This document shows positions 39,149 through 50,190 of a DNA stretch of 64,000 nt, piece after piece. Within the stretch, counting starts at the first letter, position 1; the number at the start of each line of letters is the position of its first letter. The stretch is taken from the NCBI RefSeq assembly GCF_964213995.1, contig NC_135814.1, positions 75,206,001 to 75,270,000 on the forward strand, given 5' to 3'. Position numbers and translations under genes: made by a program. Below the pieces are notes generated by a model. It had not been told where the DNA came from. It did not search any database and worked only from the letters and a program-made list of their open reading frames with translations. This DNA is from Mustelus asterias (lineage: Eukaryota).

Positions 39149-39679
39149 CCTAATTTCGTAACATGTATTCAAATTTAAAACCAGGATAAATAACATTACA
39201 AATCAATTCTTTGCTGTTTTGTTGGCAATTATTAAACTGAAATACTGCCAACAATGCAGCAATTACAACTTTGTCATTTCACTCTTATGCCGTGAGTGAA
39301 GACTGTAATGATTGGTTAGGCTCACATTTATGTGGTTCATTTGGAGTTTTTTCTGCACCCTCTTTAAAATCCAAATTCCTATTTCCCTTTAAATAGGACA
39401 ATACAATCACCCAGGAACAAACACAAATTTATAGAAGCCTGTTTAGAAGTAACTACTGTTGTAAGAAAATGCAGCCCCCACTCCACCAGCTTCAATCTCT
39501 CAGGTCATCCAATTATAATTGCTTGTATAATTAAATGTCACCACCATGCCTCTAACTGTTGCACCCAAGAAATGGGCAGCCAGTTGCAGAAAATTCAGAT
39601 GGTGGCTACCTAGGACATGGTGTGCACTGCTGTACTGGGTAAAACTAGCTTGTATCGAAGTTAATGGTCTATAGGCCAG

Positions 39680-41005
39680 CACATAAGACATCGGAACAGA
39701 ATTAGACCACTTGGCCCATCGAGTCTGCTCCACCATTCAATCATGGCTTCTATTTTTCTCATCCCCATTCTCCTGTCTTTTCCCCATAATCCTATATCCC
39801 CTTATTTCTCGGTCTTAAAGACACTCAATGACCTGGCTTCCACAGCCTTCTGCAGCAAAGAGTTCCACAGATTCACCACTCCCTGGCTGAAGACATTCCT
39901 CCTCAGCCGTTCCTCATGAGACAAGCTCTTCATTCCAGGGATCATTCTTGTGAACTCCTCTGGACCCCTGCCAAAGCCAGCACATCCTTCCTTAGATATG
40001 GGGCCCAAAACTGTTCACAGTACTCCAAATGGGGTCTGACCAGAGCCTTACACGGCCTCAGAAGTTAAATCCTGCTCTTGTATTCTAGCCGTCTCGACAT
40101 GAATGCGATCATTGCATTTGCCTTCCTAACTGCCGACTGAAACTGCACATTAACCTTAAGAGAACCTTGAACAATGACTCCCAAATCCCTTTGTGTTTCT
40201 GATTTCCTAAGCATTTTCCCATTTAGAAAATAGTCTATGTTTCCATTCCTTCTTCCAAAGTGCATAACCCCACACTTTTCCACATTGTATTCCATCTGCC
40301 ATTTCTTTGCCCACTCTCCTAACCTGTCCAAGTCCTTCTGCAGCCCCCCTGCTTCCTCATTACCACCTGTCCCTCTACAAATCTTTGTATCATCTGCAAA
40401 TTTAGCAACAGTGCCTTCAGTTCCTTCTTCCAAATCATTAATGTATAGTGCGAAAAGTTGTGGTCCCAGCACCGACCCGAGGCACACCACTAGTCACCGG
40501 CTGCCATCCTAAAAAGACCCCTTTATCCCCATTCTCTGCCTTCTGCAAGCCAGTCACTCGTCTATCCACGCCAGGAACTTACCCTGAACACCATGGGCTT
40601 ATTTAACAGTCTCTTATGCGGCACCTTGTCAAAGGCCTTCTGAAAATTTAAATAAATCACGTCCGCTGGTTCTCCTTTATATAACTTCCTTGTTACCTCC
40701 TCAAAGAACTCTAACAGATTTGTCAGACATGACCTCCCCTTGACAAAGCTGTGCTGACTCAGTACTACTTTCTCATGCACTTCTAAGTACTCTGCGATCT
40801 CATCTTTAATAATGGACTCTAAAATCTTGCCAATGACTGAAGTCAGGCTAACCGGCCTATAATTTCCTGTCTGCTGCCTCCCTCCCTTCTTAAACAGCGG
40901 CGTTACATTAACTACTTTCCAGTCCTCTGGTACCCTCCCAACCTCCAATGATGCCTGAAAGATCACCACCAATGCCTCCACAATTTCCTCAGCTATCTCT
41001 TTTAG
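39680..41005 (-). mobile_element. 5'-truncated CR1 LINE
   Basis: RT ORF pieces 40065-40490 (KFADDTK) and 40562-40981. Confidence 0.92.
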
Positions 41006-41394
41006 AAGCGCATGTCACCTTGATGGGACAGCCCTCTAAAATACAGGAAGAAAAACCCTTTGGTTGGAGCAAGGCAACTTGATGAAAAGGTAGTTATCTG
41101 AATAATAGCCCACAATGTCAGCTTCAATCTGCATGGTTTTATTTGGTATCTGTTTTTTTTTAATCTAATGCTATTCAACCTGTATATCATCAATAATACC
41201 AAGTGAACAAGAGTACTCATCCTAAATAAAGATACACTTTACTTATGACAGATCTATCCTGTCACTGACTCATGTAACTTCAATAATATACTCTTTCCTC
41301 CATTGAATAAGCTCCAAGAGAACCAAGGTGTCTTCCATTAAGTATGAATTTTAAAATGAAGCGTCACTAGTGTTCTAGGTTTACACTACATTAC

Positions 41395-41516
41395 CTTATA
41401 GCCTTCAGGGAACATTGCATCCAGTTCCTCATCTGTAAGTGGGCGATTTCGTTCATCAATTTCACGCTCCCAACGCCATGCTTGCAGTTGTTCGGGTGTC
41501 ATACTCATCAAGTGAC
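41395..41516 (-). CDS. SF3B1: SF3B1 exon 9 (122 nt)
   Basis: [41 protein letters not shown] (p14-binding region). Confidence 0.95.
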
Positions 41517-42212
41517 CTAAACAGTTGAATTATTTAGATGTATGAAAACTTTTCTCTACAGTTTACTTGAACATGAAAGATTAAAATATATTTGACTCTT
41601 TTTAAATAGACTATAATTCCTTTATTGAATTTAGCAGCATGGTCGGTGAAGGGTTGGAGGGCCGAAGGGCCTGTTCATATGCTGTAATTTTCTTTGTTCT
41701 TTTAATTTGGTTGTTTCCACAATCTGTAATGTAGTTTAGCTTCCACCAAATTTGTTGTGATTTGCTCGGAAAAAAATTTCTTAAATGCCATTGCTTATAA
41801 TTAGTAAGATTACATTATTAACTCTTTAAATATCAGTATTGAAAAAGGATCTTTTATAAAGCACACCATTCTTTTTGCTGGTTCCAAGAAATAAATTGGA
41901 TTGGTAACTCAACAAACGTGTTCCATAAATAATGCAATTTTTAGTGCTGATATCATACAACTAGCTCAGGTCCCCATTACAAGTATGCTTGCGTGCACAT
42001 GCATGGGAATAGGACCAACCTCAAGTGTTGTTTCTGTCCCCTCCATCATCTAGACTCGCACAAGAACATAGGCCACGTAGGAAAGCACCAAAAGGGCCAC
42101 TGGTGGTTACTGAACTATGGTCTAAATATCTGACTATTTAAAATACAGCATTTTACATCAGAAGCAATCTATAAATGTATACTCAGTGAAAATACAGCTT
42201 TTGCTTCATCAC

Positions 42213-42428
42213 CTGGTGTAGGTGTTGCCATAGCCATTGCAGGTGTGCCTTTTGGTGTAATTCCACTAGGGGTAAGCAATGGAGTACTGCCACCCATTTG
42301 GCTAGCTGGCGTTTCATCCCAACGAGACTTTCTTTTGCTTGCACCAGGGGTTGGAGTTTCACCTATCGAGTCACCTCCACGATCTGTCCGTGGTGTCTCA
42401 GCCCAGCCACTGCCATGCCCTGGCGTTT
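42213..42428 (-). CDS. SF3B1: SF3B1 exon 8 (216 nt)
   Basis: [17 protein letters not shown]...SRWDETP...MATPTP; tag| and |gtgatg. Confidence 0.95.
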
Positions 42429-44493
42429 CTAAAATAAGAAATGAAATAGTGAACAAGAACCCAAGATCAAAACTTTAAAAGCAGAAATCATTCAAGAAAA
42501 TTCCTTGTTCTATGTCACCTGAAAAAAGACACAAAAACTCTTAAAGAAACATTGCTCAATATTAAAATGGATGCTACCTACTTCAATTGCATAAACTAAA
42601 GTATAACTCTTCGACAAGTTCAAGCACCATTAATATTATTCCAATTAGTACTAACTGAGCAAAAATATAGGTGATGGAATTAAAAACAAAAATGAAAAGT
42701 TTCAAAAAACAGCTGAAGACTTTCCTGAGCGATATAATAGATCGAGCATAGTTGATATTTATTTAAAGTTGGGATTAATCAGGTGGATGGAACATTTTTC
42801 TTTTACTATGAAAAACATTGCCCTTATCAATAGAAAATAAGCTAATGCGTCAAATAGAAACCTTCCTTTACAACATCTAAGTTCTTATAAAGGAATTCCA
42901 TACAAAACATTATTTATCCTTTTGGATGTTGGTGGATCTGTGTGGAACATTTTGAAGTATTTTCTTCTAATTAATCCTATCTCAATTATCAAAATATACC
43001 AATAGCAATTTCAATTCTGCAGCAACATTGAGCAATCAATAACGGTTAATGCTTAATCATGAAGTCCAAAATGTCATTACTGGTTCCTTAAGTTTATAAT
43101 TTAAGCTAAAGGCAAAAGGATGCTGGAGTCTGAAACAAAAATAGAAAATGCTGGAAAATCTCAGCAGGTCTGACAGCATCTGTGGAGAGAGAATGGAGCC
43201 AATGTCTTGAGTCTGGGTGACCTTTTGTCAGAGCTGGCGCAGATCAGCCATGATCGTATTGAATGGCAGGTAGGCTTGCAGGGCCTGCTGGCCGACTCCT
43301 GCTTCTATTTCTTGTGTTCTTGTGTCATTTGAAAAATAAGTTGTTGAGAAAAATTGCTTCAAAATAGCTTATCTGGTGGCAATATTTATTTTAGAGAAAG
43401 GTAGTTAACTGCAATTAGTGGTGCATCATAGGTAAAACAGGTCTCCAAGTTTGCTTGGTTGTCTTAAGGAGCCAGATAAATATTTTAAGGGAATTTTCTT
43501 AGTTTTTACAACTTTTTTTCCATCCACATATATTAGCATTAATGGTGAAAAAGCTGAAAAGATTAAGTTATGTTGTAGTCAGACATTTGGTCCCCTGATA
43601 GTTCAGCAAAATTATCCAATGAGTATAACCATTCTGAGAATGAACAAAGACAGTTCCAGATTTGATCCTCAGTCTACCATGAATTTGTTGATATGAATCT
43701 GTTGAGTGCTATAATTGGCATAATTTCCCTCGTGAGGCAAAAGAGAAATCATTGCTGGTTCATACAGCAAATTTCTATCCAGTGTCCACTGTTTGAAGTG
43801 CTTGAGTATCTATGCAGAAGTTCAGTTAGAGACGATATCCCAAGGAGTCAAGGCAATCGGGAAACGAGCAAACAGTTCAAAGTGGAAAGAAAAAAATAAT
43901 CTTTTGAATTAATTCACTGAATGCATGAGGCCTTCCCAATATGTTGACTTCCTGAAGGAATCCACCAGCTTGATAATTTTACATCTCAACAACTGGGAAA
44001 ACATTTATTTTGTTTATAGAGGCGAGTTACTTTCTGTAGGATTTCTCGCCTCTGACCTGCTTTTGCAACCACAGCATTCATATAGCTAGTTCAATTCAGT
44101 TTCTGGTCAATGGTAACAGTGGGGGATTCGGCAATGGTAATGCCACTCAATGTCAGCAATGGTAGTCATTGAATGTCATGGGGCAATGCTTAGATTCTCT
44201 CTTACTGGATAGTCATTGCCTGATACTTGAGGCCCAAATGTTACTTGTGAATTGTTAGAACAAGCCTAGATATTGTCATGGTCTTGCTGCATTTGGGCAC
44301 TGACTGCTTCTGAATTTCTATTAGTATATGTTCGTATGCACAATTAAAGCAATTGTGTGATGTTTTGAAGTCTTTATGATCTCAAATGAATGTGCTCAAA
44401 AATAGTTTACAGAAGTTTCAACAGCCAGATTTTCCTTAATCATTACTTTAACATGAATGCAATTTTCTTTACAGAAGGAAAAGTTAACCTCAC

Positions 44494-44803
44494 CCCTATC
44501 TGTTTTTGGAGTTTCATCCCATCTGTTTTTGCGCACACTGGAAGTTGCACCCCCATGACCTGGTGTAGCATGTCCAGGTGTATCTCGTCCTGGTGTAGCA
44601 GCCCCTGCTGGTGTGTGACTAGGAGTGGGCTCCCACATTCTTGAGCTGGGGGTTGCACCAGGAGTCTCACTGCCCTTTGAACGACCAGGTGTTTCATCCC
44701 AGCGGCTCTGAGAAGGTGTGTTTCCAGGTGTGTGACCAGGGGTATGCCCTGGTGTGTGCCCAGGTGTATGTCCAGGTGTGTGCCCAGGAGTGTGCCCTGG
44801 AGT
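44494..44803 (-). CDS. SF3B1: SF3B1 exon 7 (310 nt) with TPGH repeat expansion
   Basis: tag|ACTCCA...AGGG|gtgagg; (TPGH)6[17 protein letters not shown]...[12 protein letters not shown]. Confidence 0.95.
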
Positions 44804-45169
44804 CTACAAAAGAAAATATGCAAATAATTTGGATTCAATTTATCAACATAGACTTATTAACTATTGACAAGTAAACTTCCACTAGATAATGTGCAATTAT
44901 ACAAACTATCAAAATAGGAACTTCATAAATTGCTATCTGTAGCACCGAAATGTTGATTTGATGATAATCAAATGAAAATAAATAATAATTGATGTTATTA
45001 TCAATTGACCATTGCCTCAATTCACACTGGGATTTACATTGATACTTCCCAGGTACTAAGTAATCTGACAACTTGCTAAATGGTGAAAAAGTGAAAGAGC
45101 AAGTCACCCTTCTGGTTGATATCAATCCTAGTCTCCTGATAGAGCAGTATAGTTAATAGAATCAATCTG

Positions 45170-45460
45170 ACTCTCTGACAGAGTATTTTACCCAGGCGTT
45201 CTCCCCACCCTATCCCCATATCCCCACACATTTACCATAGCGAATCCATCTAACCTATACATCTTGGGACACTAAAGGGCAATTTATCATGACCAATCCA
45301 TCTAGCCTGCACATCTTTGGACCGTGGGAGGAAACCAGAGCACCCGCAGGAAACCCACACAGACACAGAATGTGCAAGCTCCACACAGCCAACCAAGGAC
45401 AGAATTAAACCCAGGTCCCAGGTTCTGTGACACAGCAGTGCCAACCACTGTGCCACCCTA
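45170..45460 (-). mobile_element. HE1-type SINE (diverged)
   Basis: reverse complement of the HE1 head and core. Confidence 0.85.
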
Positions 45461-46288
45461 CAATTGCTGCAGTTAAAAATGAGCAACAAGTATGTTGGGT
45501 GGGGGTGGCGAAGCCTCATTAATTCTCTGGCAGTTTGTTGCATTGTTGGCTCAACGATTATAAAGCTTGGCTTGATTTGACAAATGAAAACTGAAAAGAA
45601 ACCAGGAAACTCCTGTTGACATTTTTTCTCAGTAATGAATGTATTCAGTTTAAGTAGTACTTTAAGTTTTTGCTTAATATTGTCCAATTACCCAAGAAGG
45701 TAATCCAACAAGTTCAGACTCAAATTGGTGGATTTTTACAGGAGATAAGAAATTAATCTATCCACCATTTAAGGAACCTTTAAAAATAGTATTTCAAAAG
45801 AAAATAAGCATAAATAAATGGAGTGACTACATTTTTGTTCTACAATTCATAACAGGTACTGAATAAGCATGCTACACGGTGATGCACTAGGCCATTAAAA
45901 CTGAGAGGAAGCCAGGTTCAATCTTTGATACATTTTGAGTTAGTTAATCTGCATGCAAGTGCACCGCCTTGGCAAAGGTTAGCTTAGCTTTATGGCTCTG
46001 GTCACTATTCAGCAACCTCTATGAGCACAACACAATCTGGCCCAGATTTTTTATGACCCCCAATATTCAAATATCCACCCACAAACTCTGCCATGAAGAA
46101 ACCTCTCTCACATAAACGGGAGGACTAACAACACTTGTGGATCACTTACTTAAGAAGAGATGGGCGATTAGGGGGAGGGGAAAAAACTAAAACAGAACAT
46201 AGAACATAGAACATTACAGCGCAGAACAGGCCCTTCGGCCCACGATGTTGCACCGACCAGTTAAAAAAAAAAACTGTGACCCTCCAAC

Positions 46289-49108
46289 CTAAACCAATTT
46301 CTTTTCGTCCATGAACCTATCTACGGATCTCTTAAACGCCCCCAAACTAGGCGCATTTACTACTGATGCTGGCAGGGCATTCCAATCCCTCACCACCCTC
46401 TGGGTAAAGAACCTACCCCTGACATCGGTTCTATAACTACCCCCCCTCAATTTAAAGCCATGCCCCCTTGTGCTGGATTTCTCCATCAGAGGAAAAAGGC
46501 TATCACTATCCACCCTATCTAAACCTCTAATCATCTTATATGTTTCAATAAGATCCCCTCTTAGCCGCCGCCTTTCCAGCGAAAACAATCCCAAATCCCT
46601 CAGCCTCTCCTCATAGGATCTCCCCTCCATACCAGGCAACATCCTGGTAAACCTCCTCTGCACCCTCTCCAAAGCCTCCACATCCTTCCTGTAATGTGGG
46701 GACCAGAACTGCACACAGTACTCCAAGTGCGGCCGCACCAGAGTTGTGTACAGTTGCAACATAACGCTACGACTCCTAAATTCAATCCCCCTACCAATAA
46801 ACGCCAAGACACCATATGCCTTCTTAACAACCTTATCTACTTGATTCCCAACTTTCAGGGATCTATGCACACATACACCTAGATCCCTCTGCTCCTCCAC
46901 ACTATTCAAAGTCCTCCCGTTAGCCCTATACTCAACACATCTGTTATTCCTACCAAAGTGAATTACCTCACACTTCTCCGCATTAAACTCCATCCGCCAC
47001 CTCTCGGCCCAACTTTGCAACCTGTCTAAGTCTTCCTGCAAACTACGACACCCTTCCTCACTGTCTACCACACCACCGACTTTGGTGTCATCAGCAAATT
47101 TGCTAATCCACCCAACTATACCATCATCCAGATCATTAATAAATATTACAAACAGCAGTGGCCCCAAAACAGATCCCTGAGGTACACCACTTGTAACCGC
47201 ACTCCATGATGAATATTTACTATCAACCACCACCCTCTGTTTCCTATCCGCTAGCCAATTCCTGATCCAATTTCCTAGATCACCCCCAATCCCATACATC
47301 TGCATTTTCTGCAGAAGCCTACCATGGTGAACCTTATCAAACGCCTTACTAAAATCCATATATACCACGTCCACTGCCTTGCCCCCATCCACCTCATTGG
47401 TCACTTTCTCAAAAAACTCAATAAGGTTAGTAAGGCACGACCTACCTGCCACAAAACCATGCTGACTATCACCTATCAATTCATTACTCTCCAAATAACT
47501 ATAAATCCTATCCCTTATAATTTTTTCCAACATCTTGCCGACAACAGAAGTGAGACTCACCGGTCTATAATTCCCGGGGAAGTCTCTGTTCCCCTTCTTA
47601 AACAATGGGACAACATTCGCTAACCTCCAATCTTCTGGTACTATACCAGAGGCCAACGACGACCTGAAGATCAGAGCCAGAGGCTCTGCAATCACTTCTC
47701 TTGCCTCCCAGAGAATCCTTGGATAAATCCCATCCGGACCAGGGGATTTATCTATTTTCAGACCCTCCAGAATATCCTGCACATCCTCCTTATCAACTGT
47801 AATACTGTCTATTCTACTCCCTTGCAACCCAGTGTCCTCCTCAGCTATATTCATGTCCCCTTGCGTGAACACCGAAGAGAAATATTGGTTCAATGCTTCA
47901 CCAATCTCCTCCGGTTCCACACATAACTTCCCTCTGCCATCTATAACTGGCCCTAAACTTGCCCTAACCAACCTTCTGTTCTTGACATACCTATAGAACG
48001 CCTTAGGATTCTCTTTAACCCTATCCGCCAAAGTCTTCTCATGTCCTCTTTTAGCCCTTCTAAGCTCGCTCTTCAACTCCCTCTTAGCCAATCTAAAGCT
48101 TTCTAGTGCACTACCCGAGTGCTCACGTCTCATCCGAACATAAGCCTCCTTTTTCTTTTTAACCAACAAAGAAACTTTTTTGGTGCACCACGGTTCCCTA
48201 GCCCTACCAATTCCTCCTTGCCTGACAGGGACATACCTATCACAGACTCGCAGTAGCTGCTCCTTGAAAAAACTCCACATGTCGGACGTTCCCAGTCCCT
48301 GTAATCTCCTAGTCCAACCTATGTTTCCTAATTCTCTCCTAATAGCCTCATAATTACCCTTCCCCCAGCTAAAACCACTGGCCCGAGGTTCATGCCTATC
48401 CCTTTCCATCACTAAGGTGAACGTAACCGAATTGTGGTCACTATCACCAAAATGCACACCAACTTCCAAGTCTAGCACCTGGTCTGGCTCATTTCCCAGC
48501 ACCAGATCCAATGTAGCCTCACCTCTAGTTGGCCTGTCTACATACTGAGTCAAAAAACCTTCCTGCACGCTTTGAACAAAAACTGACCCCTCTAACGAGC
48601 TAGAGCTATAACAATTCCAGTCAATATTAGTCAAGTTAAAATCCCCCATAACAATTGCCCTATTACTTTCACTCCTAAGCAGGATTGACTCCGCAATCCT
48701 TTCCTCAACCTCTCTAGAACTTTTAGGAGGTCTATAAAAGACTCCCAACAGGGTGACCTCTCCTCTCCTATTTCTAATCTCCGCCCATACTACCTCAACA
48801 GATAAGTCCTCATCAAACCTCCTCTCTGACACTGTGATACAATCTCTGACCAATAATGCTACCCCTCCCCCTCTTCTACCTCCTTCCCTACTTCGACTAA
48901 AACATTTGAACCCCGGGACCTGCAGCATCCATTCCTGCCCCTGCTCTATCCATGTCTCTGAAATAGCCACAACATCGAAGTCCCAGGTACTGATCCACGC
49001 TGCAAGTTCACCCACTTTATTGCGAATACTCCTGGCATTGAAGTATACACATTTCAAACCCTGCTCCACCCCACCTCTGCAATGCCGTGCATTGCAGTCC
49101 CCATCCAT
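46289..49108 (-). CDS. CR1 ORF2 (APE endonuclease plus reverse transcriptase), 939 aa
   Basis: YFNARS, ISETW, MGDFN, SDH (endonuclease); GVPQGSVLGP, FADD (RT); no stop codons. Confidence 0.95.
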   Translation of the reverse strand: MDGDCNARHCRGGVEQGLKCVYFNARSIRNKVGELAAWISTWDFDVVAISETWIEQGQEWMLQVPGFKCFSRSREGGRRGGGVALLVRDCITVSERRFDEDLSVEVVWAEIRNRRGEVTLLGVFYRPPKSSREVEERIAESILLRSESNRAIVMGDFNLTNIDWNCYSSSSLEGSVFVQSVQEGFLTQYVDRPTRGEATLDLVLGNEPDQVLDLEVGVHFGDSDHNSVTFTLVMERDRHEPRASGFSWGKGNYEAIRRELGNIGWTRRLQGLGTSDMWSFFKEQLLRVCDRYVPVRQGGIGRAREPWCTKKVSLLVKKKKEAYVRMRREHSGSALESFRLAKRELKSELRRAKRGHEKTLADRVKENPKAFYRYVKNRRLVRASLGPVIDGRGKLCVEPEEIGEALNQYFSSVFTQGDMNIAEEDTGLQGSRIDSITVDKEDVQDILEGLKIDKSPGPDGIYPRILWEAREVIAEPLALIFRSSLASGIVPEDWRLANVVPLFKKGNRDFPGNYRPVSLTSVVGKMLEKIIRDRIYSYLESNELIGDSQHGFVAGRSCLTNLIEFFEKVTNEVDGGKAVDVVYMDFSKAFDKVHHGRLLQKMQMYGIGGDLGNWIRNWLADRKQRVVVDSKYSSWSAVTSGVPQGSVLGPLLFVIFINDLDDGIVGWISKFADDTKVGGVVDSEEGCRSLQEDLDRLQSWAERWRMEFNAEKCEVIHFGRNNRCVEYRANGRTLNSVEEQRDLGVCVHRSLKVGNQVDKVVKKAYGVLAFIGRGIEFRSRSVMLQLYTTLVRPHLEYCVQFWSPHYRKDVEALERVQRRFTRMLPGMEGRSYEERLRDLGLFSLERRRLRGDLIETYKMIRGLDRVDSDSLFPLMEKSSTRGHGFKLRGGSYRTDVRGRFFTQRVVRDWNALPASVVNAPSLGAFKRSVDRFMDEKKLV

Positions 49109-49159
49109 GCATCCCTCACTTTCAGCCCCACTACTCAGGATCCCTCCCCCCCCCCCGAA

Positions 49160-50089
49160 TCAGTTTAAACCTCCCTGCATGGCCTTAGCAAATTTACCCC
49201 CCAGGATATTGGTCCCCTTCTGATTAAGGTGTAGACCATCCTTCTCATAGAGGTCACACCTTCCCCAGTACGAGCCCCAATTGCTTAAGTACCTGAACCC
49301 CTCCCTCCTGCACCATCCCCTCAGCCATGAATTCAAACCTTCCCTCTCCCTATTCCTCTCTAAACTATCCCGTGGTACAGGCAAGAGTCCAGAGATAACC
49401 ACTCTGTCAGTCTTGGCCTTTAGTTTCCACCCCAACTCCATAAATCCCTGCCTAATATCCCCTTCCCCTATCCTCCCTATGTCGTGTGTCCCCACATGTA
49501 CAATAACTTGTGGTTTATCTCCCTCCCCCCTAAGAATCCTGAATACCCTGTCAGACACATCCCGGACCCCAGCCCCTGGTAGGCAACACACCAACCCTGA
49601 GTCCCTACCTTTAGTTCCGACCCTCCTATCTGTCCCCTTAATTGTGGAGTCCCCAATCACAAGGCCCAGTCTTTTACAGCCCCTAACCACCTGAGCTTTC
49701 TCACTCGGCTCACCCCCAGAGATCTGCTCTCTATGCTCAGTTGATTCCTCCTCAACTGTAGCCTCCAGCACCGAAAACCTATTATGGAGGGGAACCGCCC
49801 CAGGGGATTGTCTTCCCGATTGCTTCTTACCCCTCCTCCTGGCATTGACCCAAGCCTCATTTCTAGGAGTTACTATTTCTCTATAACTCCTATCAACTTC
49901 CACCTCCGCCTCCCGAATTATGCGGAGTTCCTCTACCTCCCCCTCCAGCTCCTTTACACGCTCCTCCAGAAGCTGCAATCTAATGCACTTCTTACAACTA
50001 AAATCTCCTGAAACACTACTGGATTTCCTCACCACATACATCCCACAGGAGATGCAGCATACTGCCTGAACTGCCATCCCTGAAGCCAT
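49160..50089 (-). CDS. CR1 ORF1 (zinc-binding motif, coiled coil, SGNH esterase-like domain), 309 aa from first ATG
   Basis: CxxC...CxxC; LEERVKELEGEVEEL; LVIGDS, HVGTHD and DGLH esterase motifs. Confidence 0.9.
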   Translation of the reverse strand: MASGMAVQAVCCISCGMYVVRKSSSVSGDFSCKKCIRLQLLEERVKELEGEVEELRIIREAEVEVDRSYREIVTPRNEAWVNARRRGKKQSGRQSPGAVPLHNRFSVLEATVEEESTEHREQISGGEPSEKAQVVRGCKRLGLVIGDSTIKGTDRRVGTKGRDSGLVCCLPGAGVRDVSDRVFRILRGEGDKPQVIVHVGTHDIGRIGEGDIRQGFMELGWKLKAKTDRVVISGLLPVPRDSLERNREREGLNSWLRGWCRREGFRYLSNWGSYWGRCDLYEKDGLHLNQKGTNILGGKFAKAMQGGLN

Positions 50090-50190
50090 TACCAGCAAGA
50101 AAAAAAGAAAACAAAAAAAAAAAAGAAGGCACTGGAAATAATCAGCAGATATGACAGCAACTGTGGGAAAAGAAATAGACTTAACATTTC

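Larger units (their letters stand above)
46194..50125 (-). mobile_element. near full-length CR1/HER1-type LINE with two intact ORFs, sense to SF3B1 in intron 6
   Basis: ORF1, ORF2 and a 3' UTR ending (TGTTCTA)n. Confidence 0.95.
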
